The notes: generated by a model from the sequence alone, not told the origin. A stretch of DNA of 60,712 bases from an uncultured virus (IMG/VR IMGVR_UViG_3300037635_003078) (IMGVR_UViG_3300037635_003078); one strand, 5' to 3'; shown: positions 36,159 to 47,036, counted from the first letter of the stretch. Translations and numbers: made by a program.

Positions 36159-37018
36159 AAAACTTTGCATTGATAGGTGCTGCTGGGTATATAGCACCAC
36201 GACACGTTGAAGCCATAAAGCACACTGGTAATAATTTGTCTGCTATTCTTGACCCATATGATGGTGTTGGGTACATAGACAAATACTTCCCAACTGCATC
36301 TTATTTTAAAGAAGCAGAACGATTTGACCGGCACTTATTTAGACACCGTGGTGAGTTTGACTATGTTTCAATATGCTCCCCAAACTACTTACACGATGCA
36401 CATATGAGGTTATCTCTTAGAAATGGGTGTGATGTAATTTGTGAAAAACCATTGGTACTTAAACTTGAACACCTTGATGCATTGAGGAGTTTGGAGAATG
36501 AAACAGGTAATACAATAAACACCATTCTTCAACTTAGATATCACGATTCGATTATAGCTTTAAGAGAAAAGTTTAAAAACACAAATAAAGTTCATAATGT
36601 GGTTTTAGACTATATCACACCAAGAGGTACTTGGTATAACTACTCTTGGAAAGGTGACCATGATAAATCAGGTGGAGTTGCATCAAACATTGGTGTACAC
36701 TTCTTTGATATGTTGAGTTGGGTATTTGGTGAGGTAGAATCCTTTGAAGTAGAAAATGGTGAACTGTACTCACGTGGTACTATAAAACTAAAAAACGCTG
36801 AGGTAAAATATAATCTAAGTATTGATTCAAATGATTTACCCTGGTCCGATTGGAAACCATATAGATGTATAACAGTCGATGGTGATGAATTAGAATTTTC
36901 AGAGGGCTTTACTGAGTTACACAATAAGAGTTATGAACAAATCTTATTGGGGAATGGTTATGGGTTGAGTGATATTGAACCCACTATAAAATTAATAGAA
37001 AGTGTAAGAAATGCATAA
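36155..37018 (+). CDS. Gfo/Idh/MocA oxidoreductase, WbpB-like (UDP-GlcNAcA 3-dehydrogenase-like)
   Basis: FALIGAAGYIAPRH, SPNYLHDAH, CEKPL, SWKG...KSGG...NIGVHFFD. Confidence 0.85.
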   Translation: MKNFALIGAAGYIAPRHVEAIKHTGNNLSAILDPYDGVGYIDKYFPTASYFKEAERFDRHLFRHRGEFDYVSICSPNYLHDAHMRLSLRNGCDVICEKPLVLKLEHLDALRSLENETGNTINTILQLRYHDSIIALREKFKNTNKVHNVVLDYITPRGTWYNYSWKGDHDKSGGVASNIGVHFFDMLSWVFGEVESFEVENGELYSRGTIKLKNAEVKYNLSIDSNDLPWSDWKPYRCITVDGDELEFSEGFTELHNKSYEQILLGNGYGLSDIEPTIKLIESVRNA

Positions 37019-37973
37019 GAATATTATCATATACACGTCATCCCATAACAACTATGATATGTTGAAGGGTGAAGTTCTTAAAATAGATTTTGAGGGGTTT
37101 GAGTTTATAAATGTTGATGATGCATCAACGGATTCTGAGATACAAAAGGGTAAGAAAATTTGTAAAGATAATGATGTAACATACTTACAAAATAAGGGTA
37201 GAGGTGTACAAATGGCAACTCAAACTCTAATTGACTTTATAAATGAAAATAGAGCTGATTGTAAATATATTATTTGTTTACAACACGATGTGAAACCCAT
37301 AACTAATGGGTTCTTTAAAAAACTATCAACTTACATTTCAGATGGTAAATTAGATGAATTTGGCGCTATTGGGTTTAATGTAATTGATAGGGGTAAGTAT
37401 ACTGGAAACTCGTATGAGTTGTTTAAAAAGGGTACATATGGTCTTGGTATGATTGGGTTAGCACATTTATCGGTAGCTAACGAATCAAAAAGATGGATGA
37501 GCCCACATCATAACTCAGAATCTTTAAAAAGAAATAAAGAAAAGTGGTCTAACCCATTCATTATAGAATTTCCCGCTTGGATGGTAGTGGGTATAAATGT
37601 TAATATTTGGAACAAAGTTGTAACTCCAACTGAAGATTATCAATTCCACCTATGGTTTCCAGATGTTGCAATGCAACTAAATCGGTCTAATCACCCACTC
37701 TTGGTCATACCATCCTTATATTGTTTAAATCAACAAGAGGTGAAATCAAAGTATGGGATAAGTGAAAACTCCGCCCATGGTGCCAACCGAGGGGAAGTAC
37801 ATCACTTCGGAAAATCCTCTAACTTCAAAGCATGGAAACGAAGATGGGGTTGGGAATACACAAACGCAAAAAATACATTCAAATCAGTAGCCGAACAATA
37901 TAAAGGAACATTATTGTATGAGTATTACAAACATAATAATAATAACGGACCATTAAAAAACTACGACTTATGA
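37011..37973 (+). CDS. GT2-like glycosyltransferase
   Basis: VDDAST, LQHD motifs. Confidence 0.6.
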   Translation: MHKNIIIYTSSHNNYDMLKGEVLKIDFEGFEFINVDDASTDSEIQKGKKICKDNDVTYLQNKGRGVQMATQTLIDFINENRADCKYIICLQHDVKPITNGFFKKLSTYISDGKLDEFGAIGFNVIDRGKYTGNSYELFKKGTYGLGMIGLAHLSVANESKRWMSPHHNSESLKRNKEKWSNPFIIEFPAWMVVGINVNIWNKVVTPTEDYQFHLWFPDVAMQLNRSNHPLLVIPSLYCLNQQEVKSKYGISENSAHGANRGEVHHFGKSSNFKAWKRRWGWEYTNAKNTFKSVAEQYKGTLLYEYYKHNNNNGPLKNYDL

Positions 37974-38935
37974 GAATCATAGTAACAGGAGCAGCGGGCC
38001 TAATTGGGAGTCACCTTACTGACCATTTAATTTTAGAGGGGCATGATGTAATTGCAGTAGATAACTTATCATTTGGTAATCCTAAAAATTGTAATTTCAC
38101 CCTATATAACATAGATTTAACAACTGAAAATTGTCTTGATAAATTTAAGGAGGTTGATATAGTTTGTCATCTGGCTGCATATAAAAAAGCGCCTAAAAAT
38201 TCAATAGCATCATCTGATGTTATGAAAGTTAATTTCAAGATGATGGATAATATTCTCGAATATTGTAGTAAGACAAACGCTAAGTTGATGTTTACATCCA
38301 CTTCAGACATCTATGGTAACTCAGATACTTTTACCGAAGATGAACCAATCACTATTGGACCACCTAATGTCGAGAGATATTCATATGCATTGTCAAAATT
38401 ACACGATGAGCAACTGGTACTTAATATGATATCTGAAAATAGACTTCATGCATCAATCGCTAGAATCTTTGGATGTGCTTCACCCCGTTCAAATAAAGGG
38501 TGGTCAGGTGGGCATATACCATTGTTTGTAGATAAAGCTATAAAAAATGAAGATATAGTTATACACGGAGATGGGTCTCAAACAAGAAGTATGTCCCACG
38601 CATTAGATATTGTAAATGGATTAGTATCTATGGTAGATAATATAGATGAACTGAATGGTGAGATTTATAACTTAGGTACTGATGAGGAAATGTCCGTAAA
38701 GAAGTCTGCTGAGTTAATAATAGAAAAAACCAATTCTAAATCTAATATTATATTCCAACCGAAAACTGAAGCATTTGGTAATTATAGGGAGATTACTCGT
38801 AGATTCGCAAATACGAAGAAAGCCAGAGATAAATTTGGATATGAGGTAAACTATACGTCTACACAAGTTATAGATGAAATAATAAAAAGTTTTACAAATG
38901 AAAATAGCAGTAATAACACCAGTAAAACACCTTGA
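37970..38935 (+). CDS. NAD-dependent nucleotide-sugar epimerase/dehydratase
   Basis: TGAAGLIGS, STSDIYG, YALSK, GDGSQTRS. Confidence 0.9.
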   Translation: MRIIVTGAAGLIGSHLTDHLILEGHDVIAVDNLSFGNPKNCNFTLYNIDLTTENCLDKFKEVDIVCHLAAYKKAPKNSIASSDVMKVNFKMMDNILEYCSKTNAKLMFTSTSDIYGNSDTFTEDEPITIGPPNVERYSYALSKLHDEQLVLNMISENRLHASIARIFGCASPRSNKGWSGGHIPLFVDKAIKNEDIVIHGDGSQTRSMSHALDIVNGLVSMVDNIDELNGEIYNLGTDEEMSVKKSAELIIEKTNSKSNIIFQPKTEAFGNYREITRRFANTKKARDKFGYEVNYTSTQVIDEIIKSFTNENSSNNTSKTP

Positions 38936-39815
38936 TGGGGTATATGAACTACTTCAGACAAAGGGTGAGGTTTACTTGTTAGAGAATGGTACACGGCACC
39001 AAGTTAGTGAACTATTACTTAACAACCCAATTGATACTATCTTTTGTAACCCAAATCAACAAAGTTACAAAATAGATAAAGACTTGTTGTGGGGTACTGA
39101 TGTTCGTATTATCAATACCGCATCCACTGGACTAAATCACATTGACTTAGACTATTGTAAATCGGTGGGTATTGAAATCCAATGTCACAAAAATGACTTT
39201 GAGTTAATTAATCAACTACCATCTACTTCCGAGTTAGCATTTGGGTTACTTCTCGACTTGATGAGAAATATCACAATTTCAAACAATGTGACCAAACGAG
39301 ATAAAAGCTGGGACTACCTACCATTCGTAGGTCAGCAAATGAAAGACTATAAAGTTGGTATCGTTGGGTATGGTAGATTGGGTAAGATGATGGCCAAGTT
39401 TTGTAGAGCATTTGATGCTGAGGTTTACATCTACGACCCATATTCAGATGAATCTAACATTGAGACATTGGAAGAGTTGTTTGATATATGTGATGCAGTA
39501 TCGCTCCACGTTCACGTTACGGATGAAACACGACATATGATTGATTATGATTTACTTTCACGTGGTGTTAAGTTCTTGGTAAATACATCTCGTGGTGAGA
39601 TTGTAAATGAAACTGATATCATAAAGGCACTACACGAGTGTAAGTTGTGGGGGTATGGTACTGATGTTATAGAAAATGAGTTTGGTGACCCATCTAAATC
39701 ACCATTCTTTAATTTGGAAAATTCAAAATTAAATTGTATATTTACACCACATACAGGAGGAATGACCATACAAGGTCAGACCAAAGCATATAAATGGAGT
39801 ATAGATAAATTATGA
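38898..39815 (+). CDS. D-isomer 2-hydroxyacid dehydrogenase
   Basis: TGLNHID, GIVGYGRLG, NTSRG, DV...E, TPHTGG. Confidence 0.88.
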   Translation: MKIAVITPVKHLDGVYELLQTKGEVYLLENGTRHQVSELLLNNPIDTIFCNPNQQSYKIDKDLLWGTDVRIINTASTGLNHIDLDYCKSVGIEIQCHKNDFELINQLPSTSELAFGLLLDLMRNITISNNVTKRDKSWDYLPFVGQQMKDYKVGIVGYGRLGKMMAKFCRAFDAEVYIYDPYSDESNIETLEELFDICDAVSLHVHVTDETRHMIDYDLLSRGVKFLVNTSRGEIVNETDIIKALHECKLWGYGTDVIENEFGDPSKSPFFNLENSKLNCIFTPHTGGMTIQGQTKAYKWSIDKL

Positions 39816-40354
39816 GAGTACTAGCAATAATTCCAGCAAAGCTGGATTCTAAAAGACTAAAACACAAGAACATTAGAGAGATTGATGGTAAACCCATGTT
39901 CCTACATTCAGTTGATTATGCAAACGCAAGTCAATACCATGTAGAGGTTATCGTATCATCTGAGAGTGATGTTGTTGGAGAGATTTGTAATCAACACGAA
40001 GTAAGATTCCACAAAAGGACTGCTGAGTTGTGTGGTGATGTTGAGGTTGTGGATGTATATGAATATGTAATCAGTCAGATTAAACACGAAGAGTATGACC
40101 TTGTGGTTGGATTACAACCCGATAATCCAAATAGGTCACATACTTTGGATGAGTGTATTGACTATATGATTGAGAATAATTATGATGACTTGATTACAGT
40201 AAATCCATCTTACAAGAGAAGTGGTTCAGTTCGTATATTTAAATACGACTATCTAAAAGCAGGTAAAGTCAGTAAAAGACTTGGGTGTATCAAAGATGAT
40301 GCAACCGATATACACTATGAATCTGACTTGGAAAGTGTAAAAAATAATTTATGA
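39812..40354 (+). CDS. neuA: CMP-nonulosonic acid synthetase-like cytidylyltransferase
   Basis: AIIPAK..SKRL..KN....GKPM, LQPDNP, DIH...D. Confidence 0.75.
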   Translation: MRVLAIIPAKLDSKRLKHKNIREIDGKPMFLHSVDYANASQYHVEVIVSSESDVVGEICNQHEVRFHKRTAELCGDVEVVDVYEYVISQIKHEEYDLVVGLQPDNPNRSHTLDECIDYMIENNYDDLITVNPSYKRSGSVRIFKYDYLKAGKVSKRLGCIKDDATDIHYESDLESVKNNL

Positions 40355-40944
40355 AGACAGTCAATAACAGAGCAGCTTTAAAGAACAAAGCAGATGGGGA
40401 AATCAAAAAATTAAAAGAGTTCTGGATTTCATCTGAGATTCCTCTAATTTGCGACTTAGGGAGTAATATAGGATACTATACTGAAAGCTTTATCAATCAT
40501 TTCTCAGAAAGCACAATACATGCTTACGAACCCCACCCGTACAATATTGAAAAGTTTAAAACTTTCGTCAAATCAGATAAAGTTATTCTTCACGAATACG
40601 GATTATTTAATAAGGACACCGAATTGATAATAGGCTTACCAAATCATGCTAAAGATAACAATGGGTGTTATAGTATAAAGCATACACATAACGGAATAAA
40701 GGTCAAATTAAGAAAAGCAGATAAACAAGAGATTCGACCCGATATTGTAAAAATTGATGTAGAAGGAGCAGAACCTCAAATATTAGAGTGTGCGGAGTTT
40801 TTTAAAAATACTAAACTGATACTTATCGAGATGTTATACAAAGATGATATGAATATAAACGAAGAAATCTCAGAAAGGTTATTAGAATTAGGGTACACAT
40901 ATAAATTAAATACAAGTAAAAATAATCAGTTATGGTTAAAGTAA
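40351..40944 (+). CDS. FkbM-family methyltransferase
   Basis: DLGSNIG, YEP, KIDVEGAE. Confidence 0.88.
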   Translation: MKTVNNRAALKNKADGEIKKLKEFWISSEIPLICDLGSNIGYYTESFINHFSESTIHAYEPHPYNIEKFKTFVKSDKVILHEYGLFNKDTELIIGLPNHAKDNNGCYSIKHTHNGIKVKLRKADKQEIRPDIVKIDVEGAEPQILECAEFFKNTKLILIEMLYKDDMNINEEISERLLELGYTYKLNTSKNNQLWLK

Positions 40945-41732
40945 TAGCAGAAATAGGTTGGAATCATTGTGGCGATATGGAACTCGCCAAAGAGATGATT
41001 CTATCGGCAAAGGAAAGTGGTGCAACTTACGCAAAGTTTCAAAGTTGGTCAGTTAGTAGACTCAAGCCAGGTGCTTGGGATGAAGATGGCCGTAGAGAGA
41101 TTTATGAGAAAGCAGAACTTACAAGGGAAAGACACATTGAACTAATCAACTATTGTAATGAAGTGGGTATCACTTTTATGTCAAGTGTATTCAGTATCAA
41201 AGATGCAGAACTTCTTGTTGAATTGGGTGTTGAAGATGTGAAGATTCCAAGTTTTGAATCTCGTAATCACGAACTTATCAAGTATTGTGATGAAAACTTC
41301 AAAACAATCTTTATGTCAACTGGGACATCTACCTTTGATGAGATTAAAGAAAGTGTAAACTTAATCAAGATTGCAGACCTTTATTTATTACATTGTGTAT
41401 CTACTTACCCTTGTAATCCATCAATGTCAAATATTAATCGAATGAATCGACTAAAGACACTACATATGCCAGTTGGGTATTCAGACCATATTCAAGGTGT
41501 AGAGTCGGCAAAGGTTGCGATTGGTGAGGGTGCAATGGCTATTGAAAAGCACTTTACTACCGACAATGACTTGCCGGGTCGTGATAACAAATTCGCAGTA
41601 CTACCTCATCAAATGAAGGACTTGACTGACCATATCACGATGAGAGAGGAGATGTTTATTCAACACGGGAATGATTTCCAAGATAGTGAATTGGATTCGA
41701 GAAACAACTATACAGGAAGATTCGATGGTTAG
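40932..41732 (+). CDS. neuB: N-acetylneuraminate/nonulosonate synthase (no C-terminal SAF domain)
   Basis: IAEIGWNH.G, KFQ, KIPS, STG, LHCVSTYP, GYSDH, EKHFT. Confidence 0.9.
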   Translation: MVKVIAEIGWNHCGDMELAKEMILSAKESGATYAKFQSWSVSRLKPGAWDEDGRREIYEKAELTRERHIELINYCNEVGITFMSSVFSIKDAELLVELGVEDVKIPSFESRNHELIKYCDENFKTIFMSTGTSTFDEIKESVNLIKIADLYLLHCVSTYPCNPSMSNINRMNRLKTLHMPVGYSDHIQGVESAKVAIGEGAMAIEKHFTTDNDLPGRDNKFAVLPHQMKDLTDHITMREEMFIQHGNDFQDSELDSRNNYTGRFDG

Positions 41733-42363
41733 TGTTATAATTAGAAATCACAATGAACACGAGTACATCGGGTTCTCAATTCAATCAGTGTTGGAGTATA
41801 TACCTGATGCTGAGATATTGATAATAGATGACCACTCTACCGATGACTCATTGGGTGTTGTTAAGTTGTTTAACAATAGAGGTGACATCAAGGTGACTAC
41901 TATTGATGACTACACTCCTGGTAAAGCAATAAATCTTGGTGTAAAACTCGCTAAGTATGAAACGATTTTAGTATTGTCAGCACATTCTCAGATTACGAAG
42001 ATGAATTTGGGTTATGTTCAAACCAAACTAAAGTACTACTCGGCGGTATTTGGAAACCAAACTCCAATTTATAGAGGTAAAAAAATTACTAAGAGATACA
42101 TATGGTCTCATTTCGGAACTGATGAAGAGGTGGATAATATGCATTCTACTATTGAAGATAGACCATTCTTACACAATGCATTTTGCTTTTACAATAAAAA
42201 AGATTTGGTTAAGAATCCATTTGATGAATCTATTCCAGGAAAAGAAGATAGGTATTGGGCAATTGAGATTTTAGAAGAAGGTAAAAACTATTTATATACA
42301 CCAAGTATCGAAGTAAATCACTACTATACTGGTAATGGCGCGACTTGGAAAGGATTAGGATAA
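41725..42363 (+). CDS. GT2 glycosyltransferase
   Basis: VSVIIRNHNE, IDDHSTD, EDRYW. Start placed at ATG 41725. Confidence 0.8.
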   Translation: MVSVIIRNHNEHEYIGFSIQSVLEYIPDAEILIIDDHSTDDSLGVVKLFNNRGDIKVTTIDDYTPGKAINLGVKLAKYETILVLSAHSQITKMNLGYVQTKLKYYSAVFGNQTPIYRGKKITKRYIWSHFGTDEEVDNMHSTIEDRPFLHNAFCFYNKKDLVKNPFDESIPGKEDRYWAIEILEEGKNYLYTPSIEVNHYYTGNGATWKGLG

Positions 42364-43061
42364 TGTATAATAGAACGAACAAAGTATATGATGTGGTGGT
42401 GTGTACAACCGCAGTAGATAGGATTGATTTACATGAGATGGTATTTCCAAAGTACATTGAGTTCCTATCGGGATTAAATGTATATTGGATGTTTACTATG
42501 AATGATATATGGAATAGTGCTGATACATCTATTCAATATCTCATATCACTGCTCAAGCAAAATAATATAGATTATAATTTCAGTTGTCACGGGTTTGGTG
42601 GAACTCAGTATGACTTTTACAAATCCGCACACTATTTGGTAAATAATGTTTCTAATATGAATCCTAAATATGGTGTAGTTTGGTTAGAAGATGATTGGTT
42701 ACTTACAAAAGAAGATAAAAAACTAAAACCTATATTAGAATCTTTTAATTTTGGTGAGAATGACTACATTGGATTAGCAGCAAATAAGTTTATGAGTTTT
42801 AATCCTGGTGTATTTGGTATGGGGATTATAAATAAAATAATGTTGAAAAACATAAACAATATGGAAGGTGTATATGGACCATCAATTGATGATTTTGGGA
42901 AGGGTAATCCTGAAAGAGCAAGTTTGTATGGACCAACAAGGCAACCATCCTCGCTAAAATGTCCAGGTAAACATCATCACCGACCTTACTTTAAGGATAT
43001 CGGTAGGAGTTGGGTTTCTCGTAATAAATTAAAAGAAAGAACTTTTAAACAAAATTTATAA
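42363..43061 (+). CDS. Hypothetical GT-A-like protein
   Basis: TTAVDR, WLEDDW, SFNP, F.DIGR; lies in the glycan cluster. Confidence 0.5.
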   Translation: MYNRTNKVYDVVVCTTAVDRIDLHEMVFPKYIEFLSGLNVYWMFTMNDIWNSADTSIQYLISLLKQNNIDYNFSCHGFGGTQYDFYKSAHYLVNNVSNMNPKYGVVWLEDDWLLTKEDKKLKPILESFNFGENDYIGLAANKFMSFNPGVFGMGIINKIMLKNINNMEGVYGPSIDDFGKGNPERASLYGPTRQPSSLKCPGKHHHRPYFKDIGRSWVSRNKLKERTFKQNL

Positions 43062-43927
43062 TGAAAATATTAGTTACAGGTGGTGCAGGTTTTGTAGGAA
43101 CAAACCTCATCAAAAGATTATTGAAAGATGGACACAATGTAGTATCTATCGACAATTATTATACTGGTAATGTACAAAATCATCAAAAAGGATGTAAGTA
43201 TCTAAACCACGACCTCAGAAACATTACTGAGTTTATGGATGTTGATGTTGTATTTCACTTGGCAGCGATTGCCCGTATCCAACCATCATTCAAATTACCC
43301 AAAGAATATTTTACTACCAATGCAAATGGAACTCTGAATTTGGTAGATTGGTGTGCTAATAATAACGTACCAATCATATACGCTGGTTCATCATCAAAAC
43401 ATAGTGGTAGATTTAAGAATCCATATACATTCTCAAAAGATGTGGGTGAAGACATCATTTCACTTTATCAGAAACATTATGAGTTGAAATCATCAATTAC
43501 ACGATTTTACAATGTATATGGACCACATCATCTAAAAGATGGTGGGTATTGTACTTTAATTGGTAAATGGGAAAAGGCAATTGAAGATGGTAAGTCGCTT
43601 ACTATTTTTGGTGATGGTACTAAACGTAGAGACTTTACTCATATTGACGATATCGTAGACGCATTAGTAAAGATTATGGAACAAGGGGCATATGGGTATG
43701 ACTTTGAACTTGGTAGAGGTAAAAACTACTCTGTTAAAGACATAGCAGATATGTTCAACTATGATGATATTGTTTATGAAGATGATAAGCCAGGTGAAGC
43801 ATTGGTAACTCTTTGTGAAGATACACTCGCTAATGAAATACTTGGTTGGATACCAACTAAGGATATAGATAATTACATAACAAGTTATATAAATGAAAAA
43901 GAACATAATATTCATACCGGCAATTGA
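43061..43927 (+). CDS. NAD-dependent nucleotide-sugar epimerase
   Basis: TGGAGFVG, YTFSK, RFYNVYG, GDG...RDF. Confidence 0.9.
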   Translation: MKILVTGGAGFVGTNLIKRLLKDGHNVVSIDNYYTGNVQNHQKGCKYLNHDLRNITEFMDVDVVFHLAAIARIQPSFKLPKEYFTTNANGTLNLVDWCANNNVPIIYAGSSSKHSGRFKNPYTFSKDVGEDIISLYQKHYELKSSITRFYNVYGPHHLKDGGYCTLIGKWEKAIEDGKSLTIFGDGTKRRDFTHIDDIVDALVKIMEQGAYGYDFELGRGKNYSVKDIADMFNYDDIVYEDDKPGEALVTLCEDTLANEILGWIPTKDIDNYITSYINEKEHNIHTGN

Positions 43928-44660
43928 TGCAGGTCGTGGAAGGCACCACGCATACAATTACAGTATTCAATCTTGGCAGAAGTGGGCTGAGAAAAATAAT
44001 GCTGAAGTTGTAATTTGGGATACTGCGTTATATACTTGGGAAGAGATGACTATCCCATGGCAACGATATCACTTATTTAAAATACTTGACCATAACGAGA
44101 TAGAATTTGACCAAGTTCTAATGGTTGATTCCGATACGATAGTACATCCAGATACACCTAATTTCTTTGAAATGAACGAACGTAAGTATACTGGTGTTCT
44201 TGATTTGGGGTGTTGGGAATGGACTGGTAGGTCACTAAGACATTACAAAGATATGTTCGATGGTTACAAGCTAGATAGAGGTATGTACTTTAATGGTGGA
44301 TTTCAAATTGTAAACGAATCCCATAGAGAATTCTTTGATTACGTATTAGACTTTTATTTTAAAAATCAAGATACTTTGGTAGAAAAGCAAAAAGCAGGAT
44401 TGGGTACTGACCAAACTGTTATAAACTATCTGATACAAACTCAAGGAATTGATTTGAAGATGTTACCTGCCACATTCAATCTACATCATATGTCGAGTAA
44501 GAACCTACTTAACTTTGGCCAATCGTGGTGGGGTGATAGTATGGATAATCTATACGAACAAGCGTGGGTATATCATTTTAATGCAATTCCTAAAAATGGA
44601 TTGAATAGAAACTCATCATACTTTATAAAAAGAGCATACGAGGAATTATGGGGAGAATAG
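43893..44660 (+). CDS. GT8-like / nucleotide-diphospho-sugar transferase
   Basis: VDSD, YFNGG, TDQTVIN, YHF. Confidence 0.75.
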   Translation: MKKNIIFIPAIDAGRGRHHAYNYSIQSWQKWAEKNNAEVVIWDTALYTWEEMTIPWQRYHLFKILDHNEIEFDQVLMVDSDTIVHPDTPNFFEMNERKYTGVLDLGCWEWTGRSLRHYKDMFDGYKLDRGMYFNGGFQIVNESHREFFDYVLDFYFKNQDTLVEKQKAGLGTDQTVINYLIQTQGIDLKMLPATFNLHHMSSKNLLNFGQSWWGDSMDNLYEQAWVYHFNAIPKNGLNRNSSYFIKRAYEELWGE

Positions 44661-45595
44661 CATTTATATCAGAGTTACCATTTAATGGTAAGGTGAATAG
44701 AAACCACCCACATATGAGAACTGAGTTTGCTCAATTTTGTGCTCTAAACGCAGACCATTATTGTTTCTATCAGATGGAACAATTACAATCTGAATACGAC
44801 CATATCATTCTACTCATTAGTAAGACTGATAAACTCAGAGATTTTGTATACCAAAAAGAAAAGTTGGTATCAGACTTGAGGAAGTTTGGTAAGAAGATTT
44901 GGTTTATGCAAGAGGCAACCGCACAAATATATCAAACAAAAGAACTTCATCATCAGATTTGGCATTATAATTTATTACAAGAAGTAGATGGTATCCTTAC
45001 TGAAAATGTAACGGATTTTAACTACTTTAAAGGTATAACCTCTTCTGATAAAGAAATTCACACAATTCCCACTTTGATTATTGAAGATAATTTTGTATAT
45101 TTAAAAAATACTACAAAAGAAGAAAAGGTTATGATGGGTGGTAATTTCACTTCTTGGTATGGTGGGTTTGATTCTTACTTGGTATCGAGTGAGTTTAACA
45201 AACCAATATCAGTACCTAAAATGAGAACAGTTGCAAACGAAAGCCAATTGGTAGAGGTATTACCACACGTTACATTTTCAGAGTGGATGAAACTCCTATC
45301 AAGTTATAAGTACGCGGTACATCTAATGCCTAACACCACTGCAGGTACGTTTTCATTGAATTGTTCTTTTCTTGGTATACCATGTATAGGTTATGTTGAT
45401 GCTGATACACAACGATTATCTCAACCCATGCTATCGGTTGATAGATTTGATTTAGAAAGTGCACGAAGTTTAGCAAAACAACTTAGAGATGATGAGGGCT
45501 TCTATAATGAATGTTCCAAATCGGCTCTAAATAATTACAACAAACACTTCCATGAGAATGTGTTTTTAACTAAAATGAATAAAATATTATGTTAA
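44648..45595 (+). CDS. Hypothetical GT-B-like protein
   Basis: AGTFSLNC..LGIPCIG C-terminal domain. Confidence 0.5.
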   Translation: MGRIAFISELPFNGKVNRNHPHMRTEFAQFCALNADHYCFYQMEQLQSEYDHIILLISKTDKLRDFVYQKEKLVSDLRKFGKKIWFMQEATAQIYQTKELHHQIWHYNLLQEVDGILTENVTDFNYFKGITSSDKEIHTIPTLIIEDNFVYLKNTTKEEKVMMGGNFTSWYGGFDSYLVSSEFNKPISVPKMRTVANESQLVEVLPHVTFSEWMKLLSSYKYAVHLMPNTTAGTFSLNCSFLGIPCIGYVDADTQRLSQPMLSVDRFDLESARSLAKQLRDDEGFYNECSKSALNNYNKHFHENVFLTKMNKILC

Positions 45596-46794
45596 ATAAA
45601 TCAGATATATCATTTATCCAACCATCTCGTGATAATTTAAAGTACCTAAAGTGGTCATACGATTCAATCAGAAAGAATGGTGGGCCAGAACCAACCATTT
45701 GTGTTGCAGATGACTTCAGTAACGATGGAACTTGGGAGTGGTGTCAAGAAATGATGACCACGGACCCAAACTTCAAGGCAATACGAAACGAAGGACCAAC
45801 ACGATTGGGTCATACTATTCTATACGATAGATTAATCAACGAAGTAGCTACCACGCCAATTGTAGGTATATATCATGCTGATATGTATTTATGTCCTGGC
45901 GCTCTTGAATCAGTATTAGAACACATTAAACCTCTAAGTGTGGTATCACTTACTCGTATCGAACCACCATTACATCCGGATGGTCCTGAAAAGATTCTTT
46001 TGGACTTTGGTATTGAGCCGGAAGAGTTTGTTGATTTAGAAGATAAGCTATTAGAACAATTACCATCGTTAAAACAAGGTAAAACTACTGAGGGTATATT
46101 TGCCCCATGGTTCTTATTTAAAGAAGACTTTACTTCTATTGGTGGACACGACCCGTTATTTGCACCCCAATCAAAAGAAGATACTGATATCTTTAATCGA
46201 TTCCATCTGAATGGATATAAGTTTATTCAGACTTGGGATGGGTTTGTATATCATATGACTTGTAGAGGTAGTAGATTTGCAGATGGAGCGAAGCGTAATC
46301 CAAATGGAGAGGTCTTCATGAAGAATAGGGAGACTGATGAGTGGTTGATTCAGAATCAACGTTCAACTCGTAACTTCCTTAGAAAGTGGGGGCATTATTG
46401 TAAACATGATAAGTTAATGAAACCAGTCGTACCACATAAGTACGATATACAATTCAATATTGAAAATGGTACTTATGCATTACTACATGCCTTAGAACCC
46501 TGGTGTAGTAGAATTGTAATAGATTTAGATAAAGATAAAATCAAAGAATATATTGAGTTAGAACAACCAAGCACTCAGTTCGATTTAAGTAAAAGAATCA
46601 ATGTAGATGTAGATTCTGATATTGAAATTAGTTTTGATGGTAATAAATTTACACAAAATGCATTTAATTACATACAGCAATTATCAGAAATATTAGATTT
46701 TAACGATTTTTCTAATGGTGAGTATGAATTAGACATATTTAATATAAAGGTGAATCGTGTAAAACACTACGATTCTGAGTTAATTAATCTATGA
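45589..46794 (+). CDS. GT2 glycosyltransferase
   Basis: ADDFSNDGT, HADM, GGHD, EDTD, YH...RGSR. Confidence 0.82.
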   Translation: MLNKSDISFIQPSRDNLKYLKWSYDSIRKNGGPEPTICVADDFSNDGTWEWCQEMMTTDPNFKAIRNEGPTRLGHTILYDRLINEVATTPIVGIYHADMYLCPGALESVLEHIKPLSVVSLTRIEPPLHPDGPEKILLDFGIEPEEFVDLEDKLLEQLPSLKQGKTTEGIFAPWFLFKEDFTSIGGHDPLFAPQSKEDTDIFNRFHLNGYKFIQTWDGFVYHMTCRGSRFADGAKRNPNGEVFMKNRETDEWLIQNQRSTRNFLRKWGHYCKHDKLMKPVVPHKYDIQFNIENGTYALLHALEPWCSRIVIDLDKDKIKEYIELEQPSTQFDLSKRINVDVDSDIEISFDGNKFTQNAFNYIQQLSEILDFNDFSNGEYELDIFNIKVNRVKHYDSELINL

Positions 46795-47036
46795 GATACT
46801 TTATATTACTACCAGGAGACACCGAAGAATCAGTTGATTTCTCAACTAATGTCTTAGGTGAAATTTCATTCAAAAACTTTTGGGCAGACCAAGGGTTTGA
46901 GATATTAGTAAGATTGGTAGAAAAGTATCCGGACACTTTATCTGAAGTGACAATCAAAGACGAACAATCTAAATCTTATTCCGTAGAAGAATTCTTGGAC
47001 AAAATTAAAAAGTTAAAGGTAATCCAAAATGGGTAA
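46791..47036 (+). CDS. Hypothetical protein
   Basis: 81-aa ORF overlapping both neighbours. Confidence 0.55.
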   Translation: MRYFILLPGDTEESVDFSTNVLGEISFKNFWADQGFEILVRLVEKYPDTLSEVTIKDEQSKSYSVEEFLDKIKKLKVIQNG

